From contig NC_000964.3 in NCBI RefSeq assembly GCF_000009045.1, positions 720,001 to 752,000 of the forward strand: a stretch of 32,000 nt of DNA, given 5' to 3'. Position numbers and translations under genes: made by a program. Of this stretch, positions 12,955 to 22,938 are shown in pieces. The DNA comes from Bacillus subtilis subsp. subtilis str. 168. Its GTDB lineage: Bacteria; Bacillota; Bacilli; Bacillales; Bacillaceae. Position 1 is the first letter of the stretch, and each line of letters opens with the position of its first letter. The notes beneath the pieces were generated by a model. That model was not told the origin of the DNA, made no database searches, and saw only the letters and a list, made by a program, of their open reading frames with translations.

Positions 12955-15900
12955 ATGAACCACGTTATTAATTTCGTTCTGAAAAACAAATTCGCCGTAT
13001 GGCTGATGACGATTATTGTAACGGCAGCCGGCTTGTATGCGGGTATGAATATGAAGCAAGAGTCTATTCCTGACGTGAACATGCCTTACTTGACGATCAG
13101 CACGACATATCCGGGTGCAACACCAAGCCAAGTGGCTGATGAAGTGACCAAACCGGTTGAACAAGCCGTACAGAACTTGGACGGTGTCAGCGTTGTGACG
13201 TCGACGTCCTATGAAAACGCATCGTCGGTCATGATTGAATATGATTATGAGAAAGATATGGACAAAGCGAAAACAGAAGCAGCTGAAGCGTTAGAAAACG
13301 TCAACCTGCCTGATGACGCGAAGGATCCGGAGATTTCACGCTACAGCTTGAACTCATTCCCGATTCTGACGCTGAGCGTGTCCAGTGATAAAGATAATCT
13401 GCAAGAGCTGACGAAACAAGTGGAGGACAGCCTCGTTTCTAAGCTTGAAGGCATAGAAGGCGTTGCGTCCGTCCAAGTATCAGGCCAGCAGGTGGAAGAG
13501 GTTGAATTCTCTTTCAAAGAAGACAAACTGAAGGAATACGGCCTTGATGAAGATACAGTCAAGCAAGTGATTCAAGGTTCAGATGTGACAACTCCGCTTG
13601 GATTGTACACATTCGGAAATGAAGAAAAATCTGTCGTCGTCAGCGGCGATATTGAAACAATTAAAGATTTGAAGAATATGAGAATCCCGACGGCATCTGC
13701 TTCAAGTGCAGGCAGCAGCGCAGCATCTCAAGCAGGTGCGCAGAGTGCTCAAGCAGCCCAAAGCGCGCAAGCGGCAGCACAGGTGCAGCAAAGCGCAAGC
13801 ACAGCAGTGCCGACGGTCAAGCTTTCTGACATTGCTACAATTAAAGATGTGAAAAAAGCTGAATCCGTTTCACGCACAAATGGCAAAGACAGCATCGGCA
13901 TCAACATCGTCAAAGCAAACGATGCGAATACGGTAGAGGTTGCCGACGATGTCAAAGCTGAGCTGAAAAAGTTCAAAGAAGACCATAAAGGCTTCAATTA
14001 CAGCGCAACTCTCGACATGGCGGAGCCGATCACACAGTCAGTTGACACGATGTTAAGCAAAGCCATCTTCGGTGCTATTTTTGCGATTGTGATTATTCTC
14101 TTATTCTTAAGAGATATCAAATCAACATTAATTTCTGTTGTTTCAATTCCATTATCATTGCTGATCGCACTCCTTGTGCTGCAGCAGCTTGATATCACAT
14201 TGAATATTATGACGCTCGGCGCAATGACCGTTGCCATCGGACGTGTAGTCGATGACTCCATCGTTGTGATCGAGAACATTTACCGCCGCATGAGACTCAA
14301 AGATGAGCCGCTCCGCGGAAAAGCCTTGGTTCGTGAAGCGACGAAGGAAATGTTTAAACCGATCATGTCATCAACGATTGTGACAATCGCGGTATTCCTG
14401 CCGCTCGCACTTGTAGGCGGACAAATCGGTGAATTGTTTATTCCATTTGCCTTAACGATTGTTTTTGCGCTTGCCGCATCCCTAGTGATTTCAATCACGC
14501 TTGTGCCGATGCTCGCACACAGCCTGTTCAAAAAATCATTAACCGGTGCGCCGATTAAAGCGAAAGAACACAAACCTGGCAGACTTGCAAACATCTATAA
14601 AAAAGTATTGAACTGGGCGCTGAGCCACAAATGGATCACGTCTATCATCGCGGTTCTGATGCTCCTTGGAAGCTTGTTCCTCGTACCGTTAATCGGTGCC
14701 AGCTACCTGCCGTCCGAGGAAGAAAAAACGATGCAGCTCACATACAGCCCAGAACCGGGTGAAACGAAAAAAGAAGCCGAAAATGAAGCTGAAAAAGCGG
14801 AAAAAATCCTGCTTGACCGCAAGCATGTCGATACGGTTCAGTATTCATTAGGCTCTGGCAGCCCGCTTGCCGGAGGAGATTCTAACGGTGCGTTATTCTA
14901 TATCAAATATGAAAGCGACACACCTGACTTTGATAAAGAAAAAGATAACGTTCTGAAGGAAATCCAAAAGCAATCTGACCGCGGAGAATGGAAGTCACAG
15001 GACTTCAGCTCTTCAGGCAATAATAACGAATTAACATACTATGTGTATGGCGATTCTGAAAACGATATTAAAGACACGGTCAAAGACATTGAAAAAATCA
15101 TGAAAGATGAAAAGGATCTGAAAAACGTAAATTCAGGCCTTTCCAGCACATATGATGAGTACACATTTGTCGCTGACCAAGAAAAACTAAGCAAGCTCGG
15201 TTTAACCGCGTCTCAAATTTCTCAGGCCTTAATGTCACAAACATCGCAAGAACCGCTCACCACTGTGAAAAAAGACGGCAAAGAGCTTGATGTGAACATT
15301 AAGACAGAAAAAGACGAGTATAAGAGTGTGAAAGATTTAGAGAATAAAAAGATCACTTCCGCGACTGGCCAGGAAGTCAAAATCGGCGATGTGGCAAAAG
15401 TGAAAGAAGGATCAACATCAGATACCGTGTCAAAACGTGACGGAAAAGTCTATGCAGATGTCACAGGTGAGGTTACCTCTGACAACGTCACAGCCGTATC
15501 AGCTGCTATCCAGAAGAAAATCGATAAGCTTGACCACCCTGATAACGTATCGATTGACACAGGCGGCGTATCAGCGGATATCGCTGATTCCTTCACGAAG
15601 CTCGGTTTAGCGATGCTGGCAGCAATAGCGATCGTTTACCTTGTGCTCGTGATTACCTTCGGCGGAGCACTAGCGCCATTTGCGATTCTGTTCTCATTGC
15701 CGTTCACAGTCATCGGTGCCCTGGTCGGACTTTACGTATCAGGTGAAACGATCAGTCTGAACGCCATGATCGGTATGCTCATGCTGATCGGTATCGTTGT
15801 CACGAATGCCATTGTCTTAATTGACCGCGTGATTCATAAGGAAGCGGAAGGCCTGTCTACGAGAGAAGCGCTCCTGGAAGCCGGCTCTACACGACTCCGT

Positions 15901-16113
15901 CCGATCCTGATGACAGCCATTGCGACAATCGGCGCCTTGATTCCATTAGCCCTCGGCTTCGAAGGCGGAAGCCAGGTCATTTCAAAAGGACTCGGCGTAA
16001 CGGTTATCGGCGGTTTAATCAGTTCAACGCTTCTGACGCTCCTGATCGTGCCAATCGTATATGAAGTATTGGCGAAGTTCCGCAAGAAAAAACCGGGAAC
16101 GGAAGAAGAGTAA
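12955..16113 (+). CDS. swrC: RND-family multidrug exporter SwrC (YerP)
   Basis: RND architecture; DDSIVVIENIYRRM and PGATPSQVADEVTKPVE motifs. ATG at 12955 has a GGAGG SD; the ORF extends up to 12916 and the annotated start may be 12916. Confidence 0.95.
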   Translation: MNHVINFVLKNKFAVWLMTIIVTAAGLYAGMNMKQESIPDVNMPYLTISTTYPGATPSQVADEVTKPVEQAVQNLDGVSVVTSTSYENASSVMIEYDYEKDMDKAKTEAAEALENVNLPDDAKDPEISRYSLNSFPILTLSVSSDKDNLQELTKQVEDSLVSKLEGIEGVASVQVSGQQVEEVEFSFKEDKLKEYGLDEDTVKQVIQGSDVTTPLGLYTFGNEEKSVVVSGDIETIKDLKNMRIPTASASSAGSSAASQAGAQSAQAAQSAQAAAQVQQSASTAVPTVKLSDIATIKDVKKAESVSRTNGKDSIGINIVKANDANTVEVADDVKAELKKFKEDHKGFNYSATLDMAEPITQSVDTMLSKAIFGAIFAIVIILLFLRDIKSTLISVVSIPLSLLIALLVLQQLDITLNIMTLGAMTVAIGRVVDDSIVVIENIYRRMRLKDEPLRGKALVREATKEMFKPIMSSTIVTIAVFLPLALVGGQIGELFIPFALTIVFALAASLVISITLVPMLAHSLFKKSLTGAPIKAKEHKPGRLANIYKKVLNWALSHKWITSIIAVLMLLGSLFLVPLIGASYLPSEEEKTMQLTYSPEPGETKKEAENEAEKAEKILLDRKHVDTVQYSLGSGSPLAGGDSNGALFYIKYESDTPDFDKEKDNVLKEIQKQSDRGEWKSQDFSSSGNNNELTYYVYGDSENDIKDTVKDIEKIMKDEKDLKNVNSGLSSTYDEYTFVADQEKLSKLGLTASQISQALMSQTSQEPLTTVKKDGKELDVNIKTEKDEYKSVKDLENKKITSATGQEVKIGDVAKVKEGSTSDTVSKRDGKVYADVTGEVTSDNVTAVSAAIQKKIDKLDHPDNVSIDTGGVSADIADSFTKLGLAMLAAIAIVYLVLVITFGGALAPFAILFSLPFTVIGALVGLYVSGETISLNAMIGMLMLIGIVVTNAIVLIDRVIHKEAEGLSTREALLEAGSTRLRPILMTAIATIGALIPLALGFEGGSQVISKGLGVTVIGGLISSTLLTLLIVPIVYEVLAKFRKKKPGTEEE

Positions 16114-16122
16114 AAAACAAAA

Positions 16123-16148
16123 AGCCTCAGCTCTGCTGAGGCTTTCAG
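16123..16148 (+). terminator. Terminator after swrC
   Basis: AAAGCCTCAG-CTCTG-CTGAGGCTTT stem-loop just after the stop codon. Confidence 0.7.
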
Positions 16149-16266
16149 CTTGTTGAAAAACCCTCGCATTCGTTGTCAGGTCTGCGCGTCGGTGCTCACG
16201 AATTCTACATTCGCTCCGCTCCAATGCTCCCCCTTCCTAGACTACAAGGGTTTTCAATCAAGCTGA
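16145..16266. repeat. 122-nt hairpin-forming repeat, copy 1
   Basis: TCAGCTTG...CAAGCTGA terminal inverted repeat; about 85% identical by eye to the reverse complement of 17425-17546. Confidence 0.85.
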
Positions 16267-16282
16267 AAGAATGTTAAGGATG

Positions 16283-16320
16283 ACAAAAGCTCAAAACAAG
16301 AATCAGTTTTGAGCTTTTGT
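16283..16320 (+). terminator. Long-stem hairpin upstream of dgkB (terminator-like)
   Basis: ACAAAAGCTCAAAAC - AAGAATCA - GTTTTGAGCTTTTGT perfect 15-bp stem. Confidence 0.7.
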
Positions 16321-16435
16321 GCGTTTTCACCTGTAAGATTATGTACATTTTGTTGCGATTTTTTTAACTCATAGTATAATTAAAGGTTGTTAGTGTAAAA
16401 ATGGATCGGATACTCTTAAGTAGGATGATGAGATA

Positions 16436-17347
16436 ATGAAACGTGCACGCATAATATACAATCCGACTTCAGGACGGGAGATCTTTAAAAAGCATCTTGC
16501 CCAGGTCCTGCAAAAATTTGAACAAGCCGGCTATGAAACCTCCACCCATGCGACGACATGCGCAGGAGACGCTACACACGCTGCCAAGGAAGCGGCATTG
16601 CGTGAGTTTGACCTGATCATTGCGGCAGGCGGAGACGGAACGATCAACGAGGTCGTCAACGGGCTTGCGCCTTTAGACAATCGTCCGACACTCGGTGTGA
16701 TTCCTGTCGGCACAACGAACGACTTCGCCAGAGCGCTCGGAATCCCACGCGAGGATATTTTAAAAGCGGCAGATACGGTCATTAACGGCGTTGCCCGCCC
16801 GATTGATATCGGACAGGTCAACGGCCAGTATTTTATCAATATCGCCGGCGGAGGCCGTCTGACGGAGCTGACGTACGACGTGCCAAGCAAACTGAAAACA
16901 ATGCTCGGCCAGCTTGCTTATTATTTAAAAGGAATGGAAATGCTGCCTTCACTTCGTCCGACAGAAGTCGAGATTGAATATGACGGCAAGCTGTTTCAAG
17001 GTGAAATCATGCTGTTTTTGGTCACGCTGACAAACTCCGTCGGCGGGTTCGAAAAGCTCGCGCCGGATTCCAGCCTGAATGACGGCATGTTTGATTTGAT
17101 GATACTAAAGAAAGCAAACCTTGCTGAATTTATCAGGGTCGCCACGATGGCGCTTCGCGGAGAACACATCAACGACCAGCACATTATTTATACAAAAGCG
17201 AACCGCGTGAAAGTCAATGTATCAGAAAAGATGCAGCTGAACCTGGACGGCGAGTACGGCGGCATGCTGCCGGGCGAATTCGTGAATCTGTACCGGCACA
17301 TTCACGTCGTCATGCCGAAGGAGAAAGCGGAACAGTTGGATGACTAA
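16436..17347 (+). CDS. dgkB: Diacylglycerol kinase DgkB (YerQ)
   Basis: 303 aa; KRARIIYNPTSGRE, AAGGDGTINEVVNGL and GTTNDFARALGIP lipid-kinase motifs. Confidence 0.95.
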   Translation: MKRARIIYNPTSGREIFKKHLAQVLQKFEQAGYETSTHATTCAGDATHAAKEAALREFDLIIAAGGDGTINEVVNGLAPLDNRPTLGVIPVGTTNDFARALGIPREDILKAADTVINGVARPIDIGQVNGQYFINIAGGGRLTELTYDVPSKLKTMLGQLAYYLKGMEMLPSLRPTEVEIEYDGKLFQGEIMLFLVTLTNSVGGFEKLAPDSSLNDGMFDLMILKKANLAEFIRVATMALRGEHINDQHIIYTKANRVKVNVSEKMQLNLDGEYGGMLPGEFVNLYRHIHVVMPKEKAEQLDD

Positions 17348-17381
17348 AACTTGGCTTGGTAAGCCAAGCTCAGAATGTTGA

Positions 17382-17418
17382 CAAAATCCTAAAACAGTTT
17401 TCGTTTTAGGATTTTGTC
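17382..17418 (+). terminator. Terminator after dgkB
   Basis: AAAATCCTAAAAC-loop-GTTTTAGGATTTT stem; a further hairpin AACTTGGCTT-GGT-AAGCCAAGCT lies immediately 5'. Confidence 0.75.
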
Positions 17419-17424
17419 ATCTTT

Positions 17425-17546
17425 TCAGCGTGATTGAAAACCTTTGAAGTCTAGGAAGGGCGAGCATCGGAGCACAGCGAATGTTGAATTCGTGAGCACC
17501 GAAGCACAGGCCTGACAACGAATGCGAAGGTTTGCCTACACGCTGA
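17425..17546. repeat. 122-nt hairpin-forming repeat, copy 2 (inverted relative to copy 1)
   Basis: Reverse complement TCAGCGTGTAGGCAAACCTTCGCATTCGTTGTCAGGCCTG...CACGCTGA matches 16145-16266 over its whole length. Confidence 0.85.
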
Positions 17547-17602
17547 AACTTGGCTTGAATAGGCCAAGTTTTTCTTTCGCTTAAAACTAGAGGTGATTAT
17601 AG

Positions 17603-18982
17603 ATGAAAATGAAACCCCCAGTAGAAAAAAATGAATACTACGATGTGACATTTGAGGATTTGACACATGAAGGAGCGGGCGTCGCAAAGGTCCAAGGCTT
17701 CCCGATCTTTGTGCCGAATGCCCTACCCGAGGAAAAAGCCCAAATCAAAGTGACACGCGTCAAAAAAGGGTTCGCCTTCGGCCGCCTGATTGAGCTGAAG
17801 GAAGAAAGCCCGCATAGAACGGACGCCCCATGCCCGATTTACAAACAATGCGGAGGCTGCCAGCTTCAGCACATGACCTACGAAGGCCAGCTCCTGTTTA
17901 AACAGAAACAAGTCAAAGACGTCTTAGAACGCATCGGCAAGCTGGACCTTTCAAAAGTCACCGTGCACCCGACACTCGGCATGGAAGACCCGTGGAACTA
18001 CAGAAACAAAGCACAGGTGCCGGTAGGAGAACGGGAAGGCGGACTCGTCGCGGGATTCTATCAGCAAAGAAGCCATGACATCATCGACATGAGCGCCTGC
18101 CTGATCCAGCAATCCAAAAACGACGAAGCCGTTCAAGCTGTCAAAGACATTTGCGCAAACTACGGTGTCAAAGCCTACAACGAAGAACGCCACAAAGGCT
18201 GGCTCCGCCACATCATGGTCAGATACGGCGTTGTTACGGGCGAAATGATGATCGTCTTCATCACAAGAACAAGCGACTTCCCGCACAAAGCGAAGATCAT
18301 CGAAGACATCACAGCGCAATTCCCGCACGTCAAATCCATCGTGCAAAACATCAACCCAAACAAAACAAACGTCATTTTTGGCAACGAAACAAACGTCATC
18401 TGGGGCGAAGAATACATCTACGACCTCATCGGAGACGTCAAATTCGCCATCTCCGCCAGATCGTTTTATCAGGTCAACCCAGAGCAAACAAAAGTGCTCT
18501 ACGACAAAGCGCTTGAGTACGCTGAGCTTCAAGGGGAAGAAACCGTCATCGACGCTTACTGCGGCATCGGAACGATTTCTCTCTTCCTGGCAAAGCAGGC
18601 GAAAAAAGTGTACGGTGTAGAGATTGTGCCGGAAGCAATTGAGGACGCGAAGCGAAACGCCGAATTAAACGGCAACACAAACGCAGAGTTTGCTGTTGGA
18701 GAAGCGGAAACCGTGATTCCAAAGTGGTACGAAGAAGGCATTACAGCTGATACGCTGGTCGTCGACCCGCCAAGAAAAGGCTGCGACGAAGCCCTCCTGC
18801 GGACAATTGTGGAGATGAAGCCGAAGCGGGTAGTGTATGTGTCCTGTAATCCTGGCACGCTTGCGAGAGATTTGCGGGTGCTTGAGGATGGCGGGTACGT
18901 GACGCGCGAAGTGCAGCCTGTGGATATGTTTCCGCATACGAATCATGTGGAGTGCTGTGTGTTGATAAAATTAAAAGAATAA
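17603..18982 (+). CDS. rlmCD: 23S rRNA (uracil-C5)-methyltransferase RlmCD (YefA)
   Basis: 459 aa; TRAM-like N-terminus, [14 protein letters not shown] cluster motif, [38 protein letters not shown]. Confidence 0.96.
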   Translation: MKMKPPVEKNEYYDVTFEDLTHEGAGVAKVQGFPIFVPNALPEEKAQIKVTRVKKGFAFGRLIELKEESPHRTDAPCPIYKQCGGCQLQHMTYEGQLLFKQKQVKDVLERIGKLDLSKVTVHPTLGMEDPWNYRNKAQVPVGEREGGLVAGFYQQRSHDIIDMSACLIQQSKNDEAVQAVKDICANYGVKAYNEERHKGWLRHIMVRYGVVTGEMMIVFITRTSDFPHKAKIIEDITAQFPHVKSIVQNINPNKTNVIFGNETNVIWGEEYIYDLIGDVKFAISARSFYQVNPEQTKVLYDKALEYAELQGEETVIDAYCGIGTISLFLAKQAKKVYGVEIVPEAIEDAKRNAELNGNTNAEFAVGEAETVIPKWYEEGITADTLVVDPPRKGCDEALLRTIVEMKPKRVVYVSCNPGTLARDLRVLEDGGYVTREVQPVDMFPHTNHVECCVLIKLKE

Positions 18983-18994
18983 ATAGTCAAAAAT

Positions 18995-19945
18995 CTATGC
19001 TGATGGAACTGTTGGTTCTCTAAAACGATAATTGATTTCAATGGTTCCATTTGCATGTACTTCTATTTCATCTACTAACAAATGAAGCATTTCGGGGGTA
19101 AGTGTACCTTCCTTCATGAATTTATCTAAGCTCTTTTTAAAATCAATTATTTCTTTTTCAATCTTTTGAAATTCTAGGTCCTTAGATAGTTGGTGAAGGG
19201 TAGTTTCAAAATTTGAAATATCTTCATTGGTGATATTTATGGCTAATTGGTAATCTTCTTTAGATATAACACCATTAGCAAGAGAGATAACTAAATTGGA
19301 TTTATCTCTCTTTTTATCGTTTAATTTTTCATTAATTTCGATTATCTTAGATTCGATTTTTTCTTTGTACTTTAACGCTTTTTCACTTAATTCTTTAAAA
19401 TAATTTTCCTTACTGAATTTCAAATATATCTTATTTAGGTTGGTTATTACTTTATCAGTTAAATCTATTTCACTTACGTAATGATCACTACATGCTTTTA
19501 AACCATGTTTATTATAACTTCCACAAACATAACCTTTTCGATTCTTTTTAAAATGCATTGACCTCCTGCAATCTTTGCAAACCGCAGTATTTGTAAAGAG
19601 ATGTACTTCAGCTTGAGGTCTCCTTCTTTTTCTAGTTATTAAAATCTCTTGTACAATAAGAAAGTCTTCTAAAGGTATGATTGGTTCGTGGCTTTTTTCA
19701 ATAATTATTTGGTTTTCTAGGTTAACTGACCTTCTTCTTTTACTGGTAACACTCGGTCTATATTCTCTACATTGTTGTAGTGTCCCAGTATAGTGAGGAT
19801 TTTCGAGAATTTTTCTTATTGAAGATCCGTGCCATTTGTCAGTAGCGTTCTTTTTGCGGGCAAGCTGCGAGGGACTAGTGACCCCTTCGTTATACAATCC
19901 CCTTGCTATTGCATCAAAGCCTTTTCCAGCAATATATTCTGAAAA
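18995..19945 (-). pseudogene. yefB: Large serine recombinase C-terminal part (recombinase, zinc-ribbon and coiled-coil), catalytic domain missing (YefB-like)
   Basis: ORF 18995-19897 plus in-frame upstream codons (..[34 protein letters not shown]); Cys motif AVCKDCRRSMHFKK..YVCGSYNKHGLKAC. No N-terminal YxRvS catalytic domain adjacent. Confidence 0.82.
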
Positions 19946-20213
19946 GATTCTAATATTTACTATTTTCTCTGCGTTTGCTGAATTTGAGAGAGATATGATT
20001 GTAGAACGAACTCAAGAAGGTAAAATGTTGGCCAAGCAGAATCCGGATTTCCGAGAAGGAAGACCCAAAAAGTTCACAAAGCAGCAAATCAATCATGCAT
20101 TAACATTACTAGAAAATCATTCGTATAAACAAGTTGAAGATATGACTGGGATATCAGTTTCTACACTTGTAAGAGCTAAAAAGAAGAAAGCTGCTGAAGC
20201 TATAAATGGATAA
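19940..20213 (+). pseudogene. yefC: Small serine resolvase/invertase C-terminal part with HTH (YefC-like)
   Basis: [77 protein letters not shown] is the resolvase E-helix and HTH. The ORF-track start at 19836 adds residues that are antisense to yefB. Confidence 0.8.
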
Positions 20214-20287
20214 ATATTGTGAATTAATTATTCAATATCTTGAGAAATTTTTATAAAAGTAATCAAAAGTTTAATGGGGGAAACGAA

Positions 20288-22927
20288 ATGGCGCTCATTG
20301 ATTTAGAAGATAAAATTGCTGAAATAGTGAATCGAGAAGATCATTCAGATTTCTTGTATGAATTACTCGGTGTATATGATGTTCCACGAGCTACAATTAC
20401 GCGCTTGAAAAAAGGAAATCAAAACCTTACAAAACGGGTTGGTGAAGTACACTTAAAGAATAAGGTGTGGTTTAAGGAGGCTAAGAAAGGAAAGCTCTTT
20501 GACGCCCTTATTGATATAGAACAACAAGTTGAATATCTTTCAGCTAAGCCACGATATTTATTAGTTACTGACTATGATGGAGTATTAGCGAAAGATACAA
20601 AAACATTAGAGGCTCTTGATGTTAAATTTGAAGAACTTCCTCAGTATTTCGATTTCTTCCTTGCTTGGAAAGGTATTGAGAAAGTAGAGTTTGAAAAGGA
20701 AAACCCCGCTGATATTAAAGCAGCCGAACGTTTTGCACGGATATATGATGTACTTCGTAAAGAAAACAATATTATTGAGACTAATAGAGGGTTAGATTTA
20801 TTTCTTATTCGTTTACTGTTTTGTTTTTTCGCAGAAGATACTGACATCTTCAAACGAAATAGTTTTACGAATTTAATTAAGACTTTGACTGAAGAAGATG
20901 GTTCAAATCTAAATAAATTATTTGCTGATTTATTTATCGTGTTAGATAAAAATGAACGAGACGATGTTCCATCTTATTTAAAAGAGTTTCCGTATGTAAA
21001 TGGCCAGTTGTTTACTGAACCACATACAGAGTTGGAATTTTCTGCCAAATCCAGAAAGTTAATTATTGAGTGCGGTGAATTATTAAACTGGGCTAAAATC
21101 AATCCTGATATCTTTGGTTCAATGATTCAAGCTGTTGCTTCTGAAGAAAGCCGTAGTTATTTAGGTATGCACTACACAAGTGTCCCCAATATAATGAAGG
21201 TTATTAAACCGCTTTTCCTAGATAAACTTAATCAGTCTTTTTTAGATGCATACGATGATTATACAAAACTTGAAAATCTTCTAACACGAATCGGCAAAAT
21301 TAAATTCTTTGATCCTGCATGTGGTTCAGGGAACTTTTTGATTATTACCTACAAAGAATTACGGCGTATGGAAATCAATATTATAAAACGACTTCAAGAA
21401 CTCTTGGGAGAGTATCTTTATGTACCTTCAGTAACTTTATCTCAATTTTACGGAATAGAGATTGAAGATTTTGCACATGACGTTGCAAAATTATCACTTT
21501 GGATTGCTGAACATCAAATGAATGAAGAATTAAAAAATGAAGTTCATAATGCAGTACGCCCAACGTTACCACTTCATACAGCAGGGGATATTCGTTGTGC
21601 AAATGCTATTAGGGTTGAGTGGACTGAGGTTTGTCCCGCACAAGGATCTGAAGAAGTATATGTTTTTGGTAATCCACCGTATCTTGGTTCAAAAAAACAA
21701 AACAAAGAACATAAATCTGATATGTTATCAATTTTTGGAAAAGTCAAGAATGGTAAAATGCTTGATTATATTTCTGCTTGGTTTTACTTTGGTGCTAAAT
21801 ACGCTTCAACTACAAATGCAAAAGTTGCCTTTGTATCAACAAATTCAGTTACTCAAGGGGAACAGGTTTCTATCTTATGGAATGAGTTATTCAAGTTTGG
21901 AATTCAAATCAATTTTGCCTATAAATCTTTTAAATGGGCGAATAATGCTAAAAATAATGCTGCGGTAATTGTTGTGATTGTAGGTTTTGGCCCGTTAGAT
22001 ACCAAAGTAAACAAGTATTTATTTGTTGATGAAACGAAAAAGCTAGTTTCTAACATTAGTCCCTATTTAACTGATGGTGAAAATATTCTTGTTTCTTCTA
22101 GGACGAAGCCAATTTCAGACTTACCCAAACTGCATTTTGGGAACATGCCTAATGATGGCGGAGGATTACTCTTTACCATTACGGAATATACAGACGCAAT
22201 CAATAAGTATCCTGAATTAGTTCCCTATTTTAAAAAGTTTATAGGTTCAGTAGAGTTTATTAATGGTGGTTTACGGTATTGTTTATGGCTTAATGAAGCA
22301 AAATATGAAAAAATAAAGTCTAATCCTCTAATACAAGAAAGAATCTCAATTTCAAAAAATCACAGGGAAAAATCAACAGATAAAGGAACGAATAAACTTG
22401 CATTAACTCCGTGGAAGTTTAGAGATACTCATGAAACAACTAATTATTCCATTGTTGTTCCATCTGTGTCTTCTGAAAATAGATTTTATATTCCAATGGG
22501 ATTAGCAGGTGCAGATACAATTTTGTCAAATCTAATTTATGTAATTTACGATGCAGAAATTTACCTTCTAGGCATTTTGATGTCACGGATGCATATGACT
22601 TGGGTAAAAGCTGTAGCCGGAAGATTAAAAACTGACTATAGGTACTCTGCAGGTTTATGTTATAACACTTTCCCTATTCCTGAATTATCAACAAGAAGGA
22701 AGAATGAAATTGAAGAAGCAATTCTTGAAATTCTTGATCTTCGTGAAGAGCAGGGTGGTACATTAGCAGAGCTTTATAACCCTTCAACAATGCCAATTGA
22801 ATTAAAAGTAGCACATGAAAAGTTGGATGGAATTGTAGAAAGAGCGTATCGTCAAAAACAATTTGAATCTGATGAAGAACGCTTAGAAGTATTGCTTAAA
22901 TTGTATCAAGAAATGACAGAACGGTAG
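20288..22927 (+). CDS. yeeA: Class I SAM-dependent DNA adenine (N6) methyltransferase, MmeI/BREX-PglX-like architecture with C-terminal specificity-like region (YeeA)
   Basis: Motif I FFDPACGSGNFLI, motif IV VFGNPPYLG, C-terminal YRYSAGLCYNTFPIPELS. ATG at 20288 has a GGGGG SD; 879 aa. Confidence 0.9.
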   Translation: MALIDLEDKIAEIVNREDHSDFLYELLGVYDVPRATITRLKKGNQNLTKRVGEVHLKNKVWFKEAKKGKLFDALIDIEQQVEYLSAKPRYLLVTDYDGVLAKDTKTLEALDVKFEELPQYFDFFLAWKGIEKVEFEKENPADIKAAERFARIYDVLRKENNIIETNRGLDLFLIRLLFCFFAEDTDIFKRNSFTNLIKTLTEEDGSNLNKLFADLFIVLDKNERDDVPSYLKEFPYVNGQLFTEPHTELEFSAKSRKLIIECGELLNWAKINPDIFGSMIQAVASEESRSYLGMHYTSVPNIMKVIKPLFLDKLNQSFLDAYDDYTKLENLLTRIGKIKFFDPACGSGNFLIITYKELRRMEINIIKRLQELLGEYLYVPSVTLSQFYGIEIEDFAHDVAKLSLWIAEHQMNEELKNEVHNAVRPTLPLHTAGDIRCANAIRVEWTEVCPAQGSEEVYVFGNPPYLGSKKQNKEHKSDMLSIFGKVKNGKMLDYISAWFYFGAKYASTTNAKVAFVSTNSVTQGEQVSILWNELFKFGIQINFAYKSFKWANNAKNNAAVIVVIVGFGPLDTKVNKYLFVDETKKLVSNISPYLTDGENILVSSRTKPISDLPKLHFGNMPNDGGGLLFTITEYTDAINKYPELVPYFKKFIGSVEFINGGLRYCLWLNEAKYEKIKSNPLIQERISISKNHREKSTDKGTNKLALTPWKFRDTHETTNYSIVVPSVSSENRFYIPMGLAGADTILSNLIYVIYDAEIYLLGILMSRMHMTWVKAVAGRLKTDYRYSAGLCYNTFPIPELSTRRKNEIEEAILEILDLREEQGGTLAELYNPSTMPIELKVAHEKLDGIVERAYRQKQFESDEERLEVLLKLYQEMTER

Positions 22928-22938
22928 GTGTAAGGTGT

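Noticed and set aside
13749-14594. Minus-strand ORFs opposite swrC
   Set aside because: Low-complexity antisense reading of the RND gene with no recognisable protein.
17951-18532. 193-aa plus-labelled/antisense ORFs overlapping rlmCD
   Set aside because: rlmCD has full-length conserved motifs on this stretch; overlapping frames lack signatures.
19836-19939. yefC N-terminus [32 protein letters not shown]
   Set aside because: Exactly antisense to conserved yefB residues ([17 protein letters not shown]); not resolvase-like.
21537-21968. 143-aa plus-strand ORF inside yeeA
   Set aside because: It is an alternate frame through the MTase motif IV region of yeeA; no independent features.
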